DNA of 64,000 bases, from assembly GCA_037189405.1 (NCBI GenBank), contig JBBCJD010000003.1, forward strand, positions 84,824 through 148,823, read 5' to 3'. The DNA comes from a bacterium. Its GTDB lineage: Bacteria; Armatimonadota; Fimbriimonadia; Fimbriimonadales; Fimbriimonadaceae. A program made the translations under genes and the position numbers. Below, one piece after another: positions 26,810 through 36,032 of this stretch (positions are counted from its first letter, which is position 1; each line of letters opens with the position of its first letter). The notes under the pieces are model-generated. The model was given only the letters and a program-made list of their open reading frames with translations. It was not told the origin of the DNA and searched no databases.

Positions 26810-27403
26810 ATGAGCGAACGAACCTTGGAAGATTCGATTCTGATCGAGCGGTCTCAAAAAGGGGATCGCCAGGCGCTCGACGCCCTCATTCGTAAGCATG
26901 AGGCTCGCGCCTATCAGTACGCCTACCGGTTGACCCGCAACCCCGAGGAGGCGTGCGATGTTGTGGCCGAGGCGTTCGTGCGCGTCTACAACGCGCTGCA
27001 CAACTTCAAAGGCCAAAGCGCCTTCACCACCTGGCTGTACCGTATTCTCACGAACTGCTTCCTGGACATCCGAAAGAAGGAGAAAAGCCGCCCCACCACC
27101 AGCATGGAGGCCGCGCTCCAGACGCAAGACGGGGAGATGGAGCGCCAGATCGAGGATCCCGGCCGCTCCCCGCTTGAGGAGACCGAGCGAAGTGAGCGCG
27201 AGGGGCGCGTAGAATCCGCGGTGTCGCAACTCCCCGAATACCAGCGCGCGATGATCGTCATGTACCACGCCGAGAGCCTGTCCTACGATGAGATCGCCTC
27301 GGCCCTCGACCTCCCCATCGGCACGGTCAAGAGCCGGTTGAACCGCGCGCGGCTCTCGCTCCGAGAACTGTTATTAAAAGATGCGGAACTTTTCAAAATC
27401 TAG
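26810..27403 (+). CDS. ECF (sigma-70 family, group 4) sigma factor
   Basis: Region 2 EACDVVAEAFVRVYNALHNFKGQSAFTTWLYRILTNCFLD; region 4 LPEYQRAMIVMYHAESLSYDEIASALDLPIGTVKSRLNRAR; AAGGAG RBS. Confidence 0.85.
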   Translation: MSERTLEDSILIERSQKGDRQALDALIRKHEARAYQYAYRLTRNPEEACDVVAEAFVRVYNALHNFKGQSAFTTWLYRILTNCFLDIRKKEKSRPTTSMEAALQTQDGEMERQIEDPGRSPLEETERSEREGRVESAVSQLPEYQRAMIVMYHAESLSYDEIASALDLPIGTVKSRLNRARLSLRELLLKDAELFKI

Positions 27404-27543
27404 CTCAGTCAAGAAAAATGCAGCGCTACGTGCGCTTGCAAAGTCGGGACGAGCATGGGAGAGCTGCTTGATTCGGCGATGATAGATCGTGAATCGAAAG
27501 AGAAGCTCGATAGCTTGCCCCGGTAGCAAGGGCACGGAAGTAG

Positions 27544-28383
27544 ATGTCAGTGGATAAAGCGAAAGAACTTTTTTCGGCGTATTACGAGGGCACCCTCGAA
27601 AAAGGGTTGGCCCAGACTCTCGAACGTCAATTGACCGATCACCCGCTCCTCAAAGAGGAATATGTCGCGTTCGAGGAGACCATGCAGCAACTGGAGTCGC
27701 TCAAGTTCGAAGAGGCGCCTTTGCCCTTCGACCTGCATGAGACGATTTCGGCGCGGCTCGACCGGCACCTGTACGAAGAGAAGCAAAAGCGGCCCGCCCC
27801 CCTGGGGCTTTGGCTGCGCAACCTCGCCTTCGGAGGCGTGGCGGCCGCCGCGCTGCTCGGCGCCGTGCTGTCGCTTCGGGCTCCCGAAGGCAAGACGAAC
27901 CGCGCCAGCCTGGCGACGAATTCCAACCAGCTTGCCCTTCAAGCCACCCCCACGGGCGCCGTCATCGTCAACCTGCCGAAAAAGGACGGGGCGATGGTGA
28001 TCCGCGCCGGCGTTCACGGCCAGTTGATCCGCCGAATCGAGTTGAAAAGCGTCGGGGCCGACGGCGTGCCGCTGCATAACAGCAACCCCGAGCCGTCGCT
28101 CGTGACGATCGACGTGCCCGGCAGCGAGCCGTTCCTGGTCGCCCTTCCCGGCGCCAAACGCCTCTCCGAGCGCGAGGGGCAAGGTTCGCTCACCGATTTC
28201 GCGCAGGCCCTCGCCGGTTTCTACAACGTGCCCGTCAAGCTTGAGGTCCAGGACACCAAGATCGCGTTGACCTGGAGCTTCCAATCGTCCGACCCGGCCG
28301 ACGCCGCCGCAATCTCGCTGACCGGCACCACCTTCAGCGTCGATGAGCGACGCACCGGCATCCTCTGCATCCTAGACCACTAA
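27544..28383 (+). CDS. Probable cognate anti-sigma factor (single-pass membrane protein)
   Basis: Position directly after the ECF gene; helical N-domain; one TM (LAFGGVAAAALLGAVLSL); extracytoplasmic C-domain. No zinc-finger motif. Confidence 0.5.
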   Translation: MSVDKAKELFSAYYEGTLEKGLAQTLERQLTDHPLLKEEYVAFEETMQQLESLKFEEAPLPFDLHETISARLDRHLYEEKQKRPAPLGLWLRNLAFGGVAAAALLGAVLSLRAPEGKTNRASLATNSNQLALQATPTGAVIVNLPKKDGAMVIRAGVHGQLIRRIELKSVGADGVPLHNSNPEPSLVTIDVPGSEPFLVALPGAKRLSEREGQGSLTDFAQALAGFYNVPVKLEVQDTKIALTWSFQSSDPADAAAISLTGTTFSVDERRTGILCILDH

Positions 28384-28427
28384 ACCGTCTTTCTCCACAC
28401 CCTTCCTCTTTTCCCCACCGAACTCCG

Positions 28428-28943
28428 GTGGGGAATTTGTCTTTGGAAGCTCTTGAAAACGGGTGTACCCTGACAAAGATGGAAACTTCCCCGCTCTCTC
28501 CTTGCCATATTCCCGCAGACGGCCCCGTGTTGCGCGTCTTCGAGGACCGGGTACGCGTGGCGCTCTACGGCGAAGCCACGGGCGGCAGCCACGCGATGAT
28601 CTACGACGAAACGCCTCCCGGTGGAGGCACGCCGCCTCACGTGCACACCCGCGAGTCGGAGACGTTCTACATCCTGGAGGGAGAGTTCGAGTTCTGGGTC
28701 GACGGCGAAACGGTGCTCGCGGGCCCCGGAGATACGGTCTATGCGCCCCAAAACGTGCCGCACTGCTTCCGCGTCTGCGGCGAAGGGCTCGGAAAGTCGC
28801 TGGTGGTCATTCAGCCGCCCGGATTCGAAAAGATGTTCGCCGAAGCGAACTCCCTTTTCGAGAACACCCAGAATCCGGATCTGGACGCGTTCGTCGAGTT
28901 ACTCGGACGCTACGGCTGCCACCTGGTCTCGCCCGCGCTTTAG
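28428..28943 (+). CDS. Cupin domain protein (alternative start ATG 28479)
   Basis: GGGTPPHVHTRESETFYILEGEFEFWVDGE...GDTVYAPQNVPHCF cupin motifs. Confidence 0.7.
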   Translation: MGNLSLEALENGCTLTKMETSPLSPCHIPADGPVLRVFEDRVRVALYGEATGGSHAMIYDETPPGGGTPPHVHTRESETFYILEGEFEFWVDGETVLAGPGDTVYAPQNVPHCFRVCGEGLGKSLVVIQPPGFEKMFAEANSLFENTQNPDLDAFVELLGRYGCHLVSPAL

Positions 28944-30436
28944 CGCAGGACGAGACTAGAAAGCGACCCGTAAAAGATCGCGGCGGCCAGCACGCCGCCC
29001 AGGCACAACACACAAGCGGCCTTCAGGCCGGTGTGCATCGCCGCGGTCGGGCGCGGAGTCTCCTCCGCATCGACGAACGCCGCCTTGGCGATCCCCAAGT
29101 AGTAGTAGATGCTGAGCGCGGAGTTCACCCCCAACACAATCGCAAGGCCGATGAGGCCCGCTCCGAGCGCGTCGTTGAAGATCATCAGTTTCCCGAGGAA
29201 GCCCGCCGTCGGCGGCACACCGATCAGCGAGGCCACAAACACCACCAACGCCCCTGCGGCCAGCGGCGACTTCTGCCAGAGGCCATTCAAATCCTTGAGC
29301 TGGGTGCTCTCCTTGCCGTTCTTGGCGACCATCGACACCACGGCGAACGCTCCGATCGTCATCAGCAAGTAGGAAAAGAGGTAGTAGACGATCGTAAAGA
29401 GATTGGCCGTCCCTTCCGGTTGGCGGAAATACGCCAAGACGCCTACCAAAAGGTAACCCGCGTGCGCGATCGAGGAATAGCCCAGGATGCGCTTGACGTC
29501 GGTCTGGACGAGCGCCGCGAGGTTCGCGACCGTCATCGTGAGAATCGCGACCCAAAAGAGCGCCGGAAGCCACACGTCGATCATCGGGGTCGTCGCGTCA
29601 AGCACTCGCCAGAGCGCCGCGATCGCGCCGATCTTGGAGCCCGCGGCCATGAATGCGGTGACGTTGGTAGGCGCGCCCTGATAGACGTCCGGCGTCCACT
29701 GGTGGAACGGAACGAACGCGCTCTTAAAGCAAAGCCCCACCAGCATCAGCCCCAAGCCGAACACCAAAAGCTGCGGCGTACCGGGCGCTTGGCGGCTCCA
29801 GGCGAGCGCGACATCGTCGAGGCGGAGGCTGCCGGTCGCGCCATAAAAGAATGCGATGCCGTAAAGGAAGAAGCCGCTGGCAAACGCGCCGAGGAGGAAA
29901 TATTTGAGCGCGGATTCTTCCGACTTCTGCTCTTGGCGGCTCATGCCGGCCATGACGTAAAGCGAGATCGAGAGGATCTCGAGGCCTAAAAAGAGGATCA
30001 AAAGGTTTTGCGACGAGGCCATCAGCATCGCCCCCGCCGCGGACCACACCACCATCGGATAGAACTCGCCGAAGGCGATCCGCTTCTCGCGCAAATACCC
30101 CTCGCTGAACAAGATGCACAAAAACGCCGAAAGCACGACCAGCAACTGCATGAGCACCGAGAACCCGTCTCGATACATCATGCCCGCGAGCGTCTCGCGA
30201 GATTCCGCGCCGATTTGACCCACGAGCACAAGCCCGGCGTAGCCGAGCCCGATCAGCGTGGCCCACACGATCGCATTGTTGCTCTTCTTCGGCCAGATCA
30301 TCTCCAAGATCAGCGCGACGACGCCAGTCAGCGACACCACGAGAATCGGGAGGATCAGGCTCCAATCGATCGAGGGGATCGAAAACGCGATCCCGGGAGC
30401 GGTCTGAGCGATAAGGGGTGTCATGAGTGCGTTCAT
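28940..30436 (-). CDS. nuoN: NADH-quinone oxidoreductase subunit N
   Basis: Polytopic antiporter-like protein; motifs LGLEILSISLYVMAG, ESALKYFLLGAFASGFFLYG, FHQWTPDVYQGAPT. Confidence 0.9.
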   Translation of the reverse strand: MNALMTPLIAQTAPGIAFSIPSIDWSLILPILVVSLTGVVALILEMIWPKKSNNAIVWATLIGLGYAGLVLVGQIGAESRETLAGMMYRDGFSVLMQLLVVLSAFLCILFSEGYLREKRIAFGEFYPMVVWSAAGAMLMASSQNLLILFLGLEILSISLYVMAGMSRQEQKSEESALKYFLLGAFASGFFLYGIAFFYGATGSLRLDDVALAWSRQAPGTPQLLVFGLGLMLVGLCFKSAFVPFHQWTPDVYQGAPTNVTAFMAAGSKIGAIAALWRVLDATTPMIDVWLPALFWVAILTMTVANLAALVQTDVKRILGYSSIAHAGYLLVGVLAYFRQPEGTANLFTIVYYLFSYLLMTIGAFAVVSMVAKNGKESTQLKDLNGLWQKSPLAAGALVVFVASLIGVPPTAGFLGKLMIFNDALGAGLIGLAIVLGVNSALSIYYYLGIAKAAFVDAEETPRPTAAMHTGLKAACVLCLGGVLAAAIFYGSLSSLVLR

Positions 30437-31080
30437 TGAGGCCCTCCTGCGGGAGCGGCGCTAAAAAGGATCGCGGGCAGCCCGCTCGAAAGGGGACGAG
30501 GCAGCACGAAATCGGCCTCGGGGTCTTGCGTGCCCAACGCCCCGGGGCGCATCGCGCGGACCGCCTGTAAAGACGTCTCCGCGCCGGAGCGATCCCACAC
30601 CATCGCGTGGGCGGGCAGATCGCTGACGAAATCGAGGTAGAGGCCGGCGTCCCCGGCGACGAACAAAACGTTGCACGCGGCGTCTTGCAGATCGCTCAGC
30701 AATTCGCGGTCGCGCTCGAGGTAATGCCCGCCGTACTGCATCGGCGTGCAGTCGGCCTCACACGCGCCGAACAGCGCGTAAAGCACCCCGTCGGCCCCGC
30801 GCCGCAGCCCTTCGCGAATCCCCGCGCGCACCGCGTCCACCAAACGATCCAGGTCGGCAGCGCCGGCCTCGGGCGAGGCTTTGAGCCGCGCGTTCAGGTC
30901 GAGCCCTTCGTGCCGGGCCAGGCCGAACGGGTTCGAAACCGGCCAAAGGCGCATTCGGGTCTCATCGGCATTCCAAGCGTCCTCGCCGATCGCGAAATCG
31001 CCCTCCCGCCAATCCAGGATGGGGGCGCGGTCCGTTCCCTCGCCCCGAAGGGCGGCCAGCACGCGTTCGCGAGACGTCAA
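30433..31080 (-). CDS. Short URO-D-superfamily-like protein (215 aa) embedded in the nuo cluster
   Basis: N-terminus SRERVLAALRGEGTDRAPI and GADGVLYALFGA...TPMQYGGHYLERDRELL...NVLFVAGDAGLYLDFVSDLPAHAMVWD resemble uroporphyrinogen decarboxylase/MtaA-type proteins. ATGA overlaps at both ends. Confidence 0.5.
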   Translation of the reverse strand: MTSRERVLAALRGEGTDRAPILDWREGDFAIGEDAWNADETRMRLWPVSNPFGLARHEGLDLNARLKASPEAGAADLDRLVDAVRAGIREGLRRGADGVLYALFGACEADCTPMQYGGHYLERDRELLSDLQDAACNVLFVAGDAGLYLDFVSDLPAHAMVWDRSGAETSLQAVRAMRPGALGTQDPEADFVLPRPLSSGLPAILFSAAPAGGPQ

Positions 31081-32828
31081 TGCGCCGCGCCCTCCGCATG
31101 GGCCGGCGCCGCAGGCAGAGGCGGCGCCACAGGCACCTTGAGCGCCGGGTGCAGCGTGCCTTCAGCGACGACGTGGCGCACACGGTACGGCTGCCCGATC
31201 ATCTCGGTCGCGCGCACGCCCACGTCCACCAGATCCATTCGCTCGTTCATCTCAAGCGAGAGGTCCGTCCAGCTGGGGCGCTCGCCGACGGGGTGCGTCG
31301 CCATCATCCGCGTCGCGGCGAGGCTCTTCTCCATCGGCTTGAGGAACGTGTTCGGCGCGAGGCCGCCCCAGAACACGAACAACACGAGCAGCGAGACCAT
31401 CGCGATCTCCCAGGGCTTGATATCCTTGAGCCGCTGGTTCACCGGGTTGCGGTTGGGTCCGTAGAACACTTGCTGGAACATGTAAAGCAGGTACACCGCG
31501 GCCAACACCACCCCGAAGCCCGCCACGACCGCGTACCACGGGTTCAACCCGAATTGGTAGTTCGCCGCGGCCTCGAACGCACCCAGCATCGCCAAAAACT
31601 CCCCGACGAAGCCGTTCGTGCCCGGTAGGCCGACGCTCGAGAGCATCACGATCAGAAAGAGCGTCGCAAAGATCGGCATCTGCGCCTTGAGCCCGCCCAT
31701 ATCCTTGAACATGCGGGTGTGGATGCGCTCGTACAGCAAACCGACCAGAAGGAAGAGCGCGCCCGTGCTGATGCCGTGGTTCAGTTGCTGCATCGCCCCG
31801 CCCATCATGCCGGTGTGGGTCAGCGAGAAGATGCCGAGCATCACGAAACCCATGTGCGCGACCGAGGAGTACGCGATCAGCTTCTTGAGATCCGGCTGGA
31901 CCGCCGCCACCAGTGCGCCGTAAATGATACCGATCACCGCCAGGGTCATCAGTATCGGAACTTGCGAGGCCACCACGTCCGGGAAGAGCGGCAGCGAAAA
32001 TCGCAGAAAGCCGTACGTGCCCATCTTCAGCAGCACGCCCGCCAGGATCACCGATCCCGCGGTCGGCGCTTCGACGTGCGCGTCGGGCAGCCAGGTATGG
32101 AACGGAAACGCGGGACACTTGACCAGAAAGGCGAGGGTGAACGCCCAGAACAGCCACGTTTGAAGCTGAAGAGCCCCGACCCAAAGCTCGCCGCCCGCCA
32201 CCGCCGCCTGAATATCAAGCAGGCTGAACGAGGCCACTCCGGTCGCGTTCTTGTGCAGCATGAACAGCGCGATCATGCCGATCAGCATGAAGATCGAAGC
32301 CGCGAACGTATAGATGAAGAACTTCACCGACGCGTAGGCGCGGCGCGCGCCGCCCCAGATCGCGATCAGGAAGTACATGGGGATCAGCGAAGCCTCGAAG
32401 AACGTGTAGAACAAGATCATGTCCAGCGAGAGGAACACGCCCAGCATGGCCGTCTCCAAAAGCAGCATGAAGATCATGTACGCCTTCACCCGTTGGGACA
32501 CGTAGAAGCTAAACCACACCCCGATCACGCTGAGGAAGGTGGTCATGAGCACCAGCCAGAGGCTGATGCCGTCGATGCCCATGCGGTAGTGGATGCCCAA
32601 AGACTCGATCCACGGCACGAACTCCACCAGTTGAAAATGGTAGGTGTCCTGGCTGAAACGGGGGAGGATCATCAGGCTCACACCAAATGTGAGCAGCGTC
32701 GCCGCGAGCGCGCCGTATCGAAGCGCTTTGAGACGCTCTTGCGGCACCAGCATCAGGGCCAAAGCCCCCAGGAGCGGCAAAAACGTCACCGCGCTCAGCA
32801 GCCCGAATCCGGTCGGCATTTGATTCAT
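31077..32828 (-). CDS. nuoM: NADH-quinone oxidoreductase subunit M
   Basis: FPFHTWLPDAHVEAPTAGSVILAGVLLKMGTYG, AYSSVAHMGFVMLG. Start set at ATG 32828 (MNQMPTGFGLL). Confidence 0.9.
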   Translation of the reverse strand: MNQMPTGFGLLSAVTFLPLLGALALMLVPQERLKALRYGALAATLLTFGVSLMILPRFSQDTYHFQLVEFVPWIESLGIHYRMGIDGISLWLVLMTTFLSVIGVWFSFYVSQRVKAYMIFMLLLETAMLGVFLSLDMILFYTFFEASLIPMYFLIAIWGGARRAYASVKFFIYTFAASIFMLIGMIALFMLHKNATGVASFSLLDIQAAVAGGELWVGALQLQTWLFWAFTLAFLVKCPAFPFHTWLPDAHVEAPTAGSVILAGVLLKMGTYGFLRFSLPLFPDVVASQVPILMTLAVIGIIYGALVAAVQPDLKKLIAYSSVAHMGFVMLGIFSLTHTGMMGGAMQQLNHGISTGALFLLVGLLYERIHTRMFKDMGGLKAQMPIFATLFLIVMLSSVGLPGTNGFVGEFLAMLGAFEAAANYQFGLNPWYAVVAGFGVVLAAVYLLYMFQQVFYGPNRNPVNQRLKDIKPWEIAMVSLLVLFVFWGGLAPNTFLKPMEKSLAATRMMATHPVGERPSWTDLSLEMNERMDLVDVGVRATEMIGQPYRVRHVVAEGTLHPALKVPVAPPLPAAPAHAEGAAH

Positions 32829-32953
32829 TGCCCTCGCTGCCCCCGCTCTTTCTTGTCTTCCTTGATAAACTTCACCACCAACGCTCCCACAAACAGCATA
32901 AAGAGAAAGGCGACCGTAAAGAGCACGACCACCACTCCGTTCGTCACGCTCAT
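32825..32953 (-). CDS. 42-aa single-helix membrane micro-protein between nuoL and nuoM
   Basis: MSVTNGVVVVLFTVAFLFMLFVGALVVKFIKEDKKERGQRGQ. Its ATG overlaps the nuoL TAA (TAATG) and its TGA overlaps the nuoM ATG (ATGA). Confidence 0.5.
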   Translation of the reverse strand: MSVTNGVVVVLFTVAFLFMLFVGALVVKFIKEDKKERGQRGQ

Positions 32954-35139
32954 TAGACGCCCCCCAGGTTCGCCAAGCGATAGACGAAATACCCAAGCAG
33001 CCCGACGCCGCCTGCGAGCATCATCAACGCGTAAAACCGGATGTATCCCGTCTGAAGCCGCCGCAGCCCTTCGCCGCTCTGCCCCGCCGTCCAGGCCACG
33101 CCGTTCACGAGGCGGTCGATCAACCCAACGTCCACGCCCTTCCAAAGCCCTCGCGAGAGGTCCGCGCCGCCGTCGACGGCTGTCTCAACCATCGCGGCGT
33201 CGTAGCCGAACTGCTCGCCCGCCGAGCGGCGGAACGGATTCCACTTCGAAAGGTCCCATCCCTCTCGGCTCGGCAGGCCACGCCAATACACCGCGAGCCC
33301 GGCGAGGATGCCCAAAAGCGCCGCACCGATCGACATCGGCATCAACAGCTTGCCGATCGTCCCTTCGGGATGGATGTGCACGTGCCCGAGCACTTCGTAC
33401 TTCCCGCCCGGCACGAGCCAATACTCGAACCGGTGCCCTTGCGAGAGCCACCAGCCACCGATGACCGACAACGCGCCGAGCGCCACCAGCGGAATCCACA
33501 TGCTGGGAGGCACCTCTTTCGGCGTGTGCGAGCCGTCGAGCGCATGATGATGCTCGTGCTCCTCGTGGGGGGCGTGCTCGTAAAAGAACCCGTGCGGGTC
33601 CTCGTGCGCCTCATGGGCTTCATGCGCATCGTGCGCGTGGGACTCGTGGCCGTGCGCTTCGTCATGGCCGTGCTCGTGCACGTGATGCGCAGGAACCGCG
33701 CGCCATCGCTCCTCCTTTCCGAAGAAGGTCAGCCAGGTCATGCGCGTCATGTACATCGCGGTGAGCGCGGCGGTCAACAGCCCGGCCCAGCCCGCGTAAA
33801 ATCCGAAATCGAATGCGCCGACCCTCGCGTGGTCGCCGCCGAGCGCCGCGCCGAGGATCCCCTCCTTCGAGAAGAAGCCCGCCAGCGGGGGCACGCCCGC
33901 GATCGCCAGATAACCTGCGAACATCGTCCAGCAAGTGATCGGCAGGTACTTCGCGAGCCGGCCATAGTTGCGCATGTCCTGATCGTGCGCCATCGCGTAG
34001 ATCACCGCGCCCGAACCCAAAAAGAGCAGCGCCTTAAAGAACGCGTGCGTCGTGACGTGGAACATGCCCACCCAGTACGCGCCCGCGCCGCAGGCGATAA
34101 ACATAAAGCCGAGTTGGGAGACGGTCGAGTACGCCAGCACCTTTTTGATGTCCGTCTGCCCAAAAGCGATCAACGCCGCGAACAGCGCCGTAAACGCCCC
34201 GATCGAGGCCACCACCACGCTCGCGACCGGCGAAAGCTGGAACAGCACGCTCATGCGGTTCAAAAGGAACACGCCCGCAGTGACCATCGTGGCCGCGTGA
34301 ATCAGGGCCGAAACCGGCGTCGGGCCCGCCATCGCGTCCGGCAGCCAAAGGTAGAGCGGGAACTGGGCCGACTTCCCCATCGCGCCGACGAAAAGCAGCA
34401 GCGCCGCGATCGTGGTCAACACCGGCTCCGCGCCGAAGATGCGCCTCGCGTGCGGAAGGATCACGTCGTAGCTGAGGAGCCGCTCCGCCCCTCCGAGCAG
34501 CGGCCATTGGCGCACCAGCACCACCACGATCAGGAACATCCCGAGGGTCAGCCCCCAGTCGCCGATGCGGTTGACGATGAACGCCTTGTTCGCCGCCTTG
34601 GCGTTCGCCAGATCGCGGTACCAAAAACCGATGAGCAGATAGGAGCAAAGGCCCACGCCCTCCCAACCGATGAACATCATCACCAGGTTGTTGCCCAACA
34701 CCAGCACCAGCATGAACGCCACGAACAGGTTCAGGTAGGTGAAGAAGCGGGTGTACTCCTTCTCTTCGGCCATATACGCCGTGGCGTAGAGGTGAATCAG
34801 CGAGCCGATGCCCGTGATGATGAGCACCATCGTCAGCGAGAGCGGATCGGCGCGCAGCTCGAACGGGATGTTCAGCCCCGCGAAACGGATCCAATCGAAC
34901 AGATGAATCGGCGCGGTGTGAAAACGCTCCTCCGGAGCCAAACGGGCGAGCGCCATCGTCGCCATGAGGCCGATGACGAAACCCAGCGCGATCGGCAGCA
35001 CCGCGAGCGCGCCCATGACCCACTTGCCCTTCTTCGGCCCCAACGCGCGAACCACGCGTCCGCCGAGAAGCGCCTGAATTAGGAATCCGACGAGCGGAAG
35101 CGCGATGACCAAGGGCAGCAACGAAAACGTCGAATTCAA
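32953..35139 (-). CDS. nuoL: NADH-quinone oxidoreductase subunit L, with a His-rich insertion
   Basis: FIGWEGVGLCSYLLIGFWY, GKSAQFPLYLWLPDAMAGPTPVSALIHAATMVTAGVF, AYSTVSQLGFMF. Confidence 0.9.
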   Translation of the reverse strand: MNSTFSLLPLVIALPLVGFLIQALLGGRVVRALGPKKGKWVMGALAVLPIALGFVIGLMATMALARLAPEERFHTAPIHLFDWIRFAGLNIPFELRADPLSLTMVLIITGIGSLIHLYATAYMAEEKEYTRFFTYLNLFVAFMLVLVLGNNLVMMFIGWEGVGLCSYLLIGFWYRDLANAKAANKAFIVNRIGDWGLTLGMFLIVVVLVRQWPLLGGAERLLSYDVILPHARRIFGAEPVLTTIAALLLFVGAMGKSAQFPLYLWLPDAMAGPTPVSALIHAATMVTAGVFLLNRMSVLFQLSPVASVVVASIGAFTALFAALIAFGQTDIKKVLAYSTVSQLGFMFIACGAGAYWVGMFHVTTHAFFKALLFLGSGAVIYAMAHDQDMRNYGRLAKYLPITCWTMFAGYLAIAGVPPLAGFFSKEGILGAALGGDHARVGAFDFGFYAGWAGLLTAALTAMYMTRMTWLTFFGKEERWRAVPAHHVHEHGHDEAHGHESHAHDAHEAHEAHEDPHGFFYEHAPHEEHEHHHALDGSHTPKEVPPSMWIPLVALGALSVIGGWWLSQGHRFEYWLVPGGKYEVLGHVHIHPEGTIGKLLMPMSIGAALLGILAGLAVYWRGLPSREGWDLSKWNPFRRSAGEQFGYDAAMVETAVDGGADLSRGLWKGVDVGLIDRLVNGVAWTAGQSGEGLRRLQTGYIRFYALMMLAGGVGLLGYFVYRLANLGGV

Positions 35140-35142
35140 ACC

Positions 35143-35490
35143 TTAACCCCTCAAAAGATTCATCTTGTCGATGTCCACGTCTTGGCGCATGCGGAAAATC
35201 GCCATGATGATGCCGAGCCCGACGGCGACCTCGGCCGCCGCGACCGCCATGACGAAGATCACGATCATCTGCCCCGCCATGAAGCTCTGCTGCACCTGTT
35301 CGGTGGCCGCTCCGCCGGTCGCGTGGCTGTAGCGCGCAAACGCCAAAAAGGTCAGGTTCACCGCATTGAGCATCAGTTCGATGCACATGAACACCACGAT
35401 CGGGTTGCGGCGCACGATCACGCCCACGGCCCCGGTCGTGAACAAAAACAGGCCGAGCCCCAGGTAGGCGACTAACGGTACGCTATCCAC
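35143..35490 (-). CDS. nuoK: NADH-quinone oxidoreductase subunit K
   Basis: Three-helix ~100-aa protein; [17 protein letters not shown] and [11 protein letters not shown] motifs. Confidence 0.9.
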   Translation of the reverse strand: MDSVPLVAYLGLGLFLFTTGAVGVIVRRNPIVVFMCIELMLNAVNLTFLAFARYSHATGGAATEQVQQSFMAGQMIVIFVMAVAAAEVAVGLGIIMAIFRMRQDVDIDKMNLLRG

Positions 35491-35512
35491 GGTTTCCCCC
35501 TCGATTCATCTT

Positions 35513-36031
35513 CTAAAACCGCCTCTTCGCCAACATGATCGACCCGACGAGCCCCAAAAGCAACAGCACACTCGCCAGCTCGAACGGCCAGACGTATTCG
35601 GTGAAGAGCGTCACGCCCAAGTTCTGGGGGCTGCCCCAATCGGACGGCGTCGCGACCTTCGTGATGTGCATGAGCGGCTGGAAAAGCTGCGACGCGATCA
35701 GCGCGAAAAGCCCGAACCCCAAAAGCAGGCTGAACGGCACCTTGAAATCGCGCGGCTCGATGCTCTGCTTTTGGCCGCCCAGATTGAGCAGCATGATCAC
35801 GAACAGGAAAAGCACCATGATCGCTCCGGTATAGACCACGATCTGCGCGATGCCCAAAAACTCGGCGTTCAGGCTGAAATACAGCCCCGCGAGCATAAAG
35901 AAGTTCAGCACGAGCGACAAAGCCGAGCGCACCGGGTCGCGGAGGGCGACCACGCCCACGCCGGTCAGCGCCGCGAGCCCCGCGAGCGCGCCGAAGAACA
36001 TCAGGTTGGGAGTCAGTTCGGGCATCTGCAT
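35513..36031 (-). CDS. nuoJ: NADH-quinone oxidoreductase subunit J
   Basis: Size, hydrophobic profile and position; AQIVVYTGAIMVLFLFVIML and FELASVLLL motifs. Confidence 0.85.
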   Translation of the reverse strand: MQMPELTPNLMFFGALAGLAALTGVGVVALRDPVRSALSLVLNFFMLAGLYFSLNAEFLGIAQIVVYTGAIMVLFLFVIMLLNLGGQKQSIEPRDFKVPFSLLLGFGLFALIASQLFQPLMHITKVATPSDWGSPQNLGVTLFTEYVWPFELASVLLLLGLVGSIMLAKRRF

Positions 36032-36032
36032 G

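Noticed and set aside
27404-27543. Short ORFs (17 and 23 codons) in the gap between the ECF sigma and anti-sigma genes.
   Set aside because: They have no RBS, no hydrophobic or Cys/His motif typical of anti-sigma N-termini, and no overlap-coupling evidence. They are too short to support from sequence alone.
28940-28943. Overlapping convergent stop codons (cupin/nuoN at 28940-28943, and likewise 45862-45865) as a special regulatory feature.
   Set aside because: Four-nucleotide TTAG/CTAA overlaps of convergent genes arise easily by chance. There is no associated structure or repeat, so this is noted only as compact gene packing.
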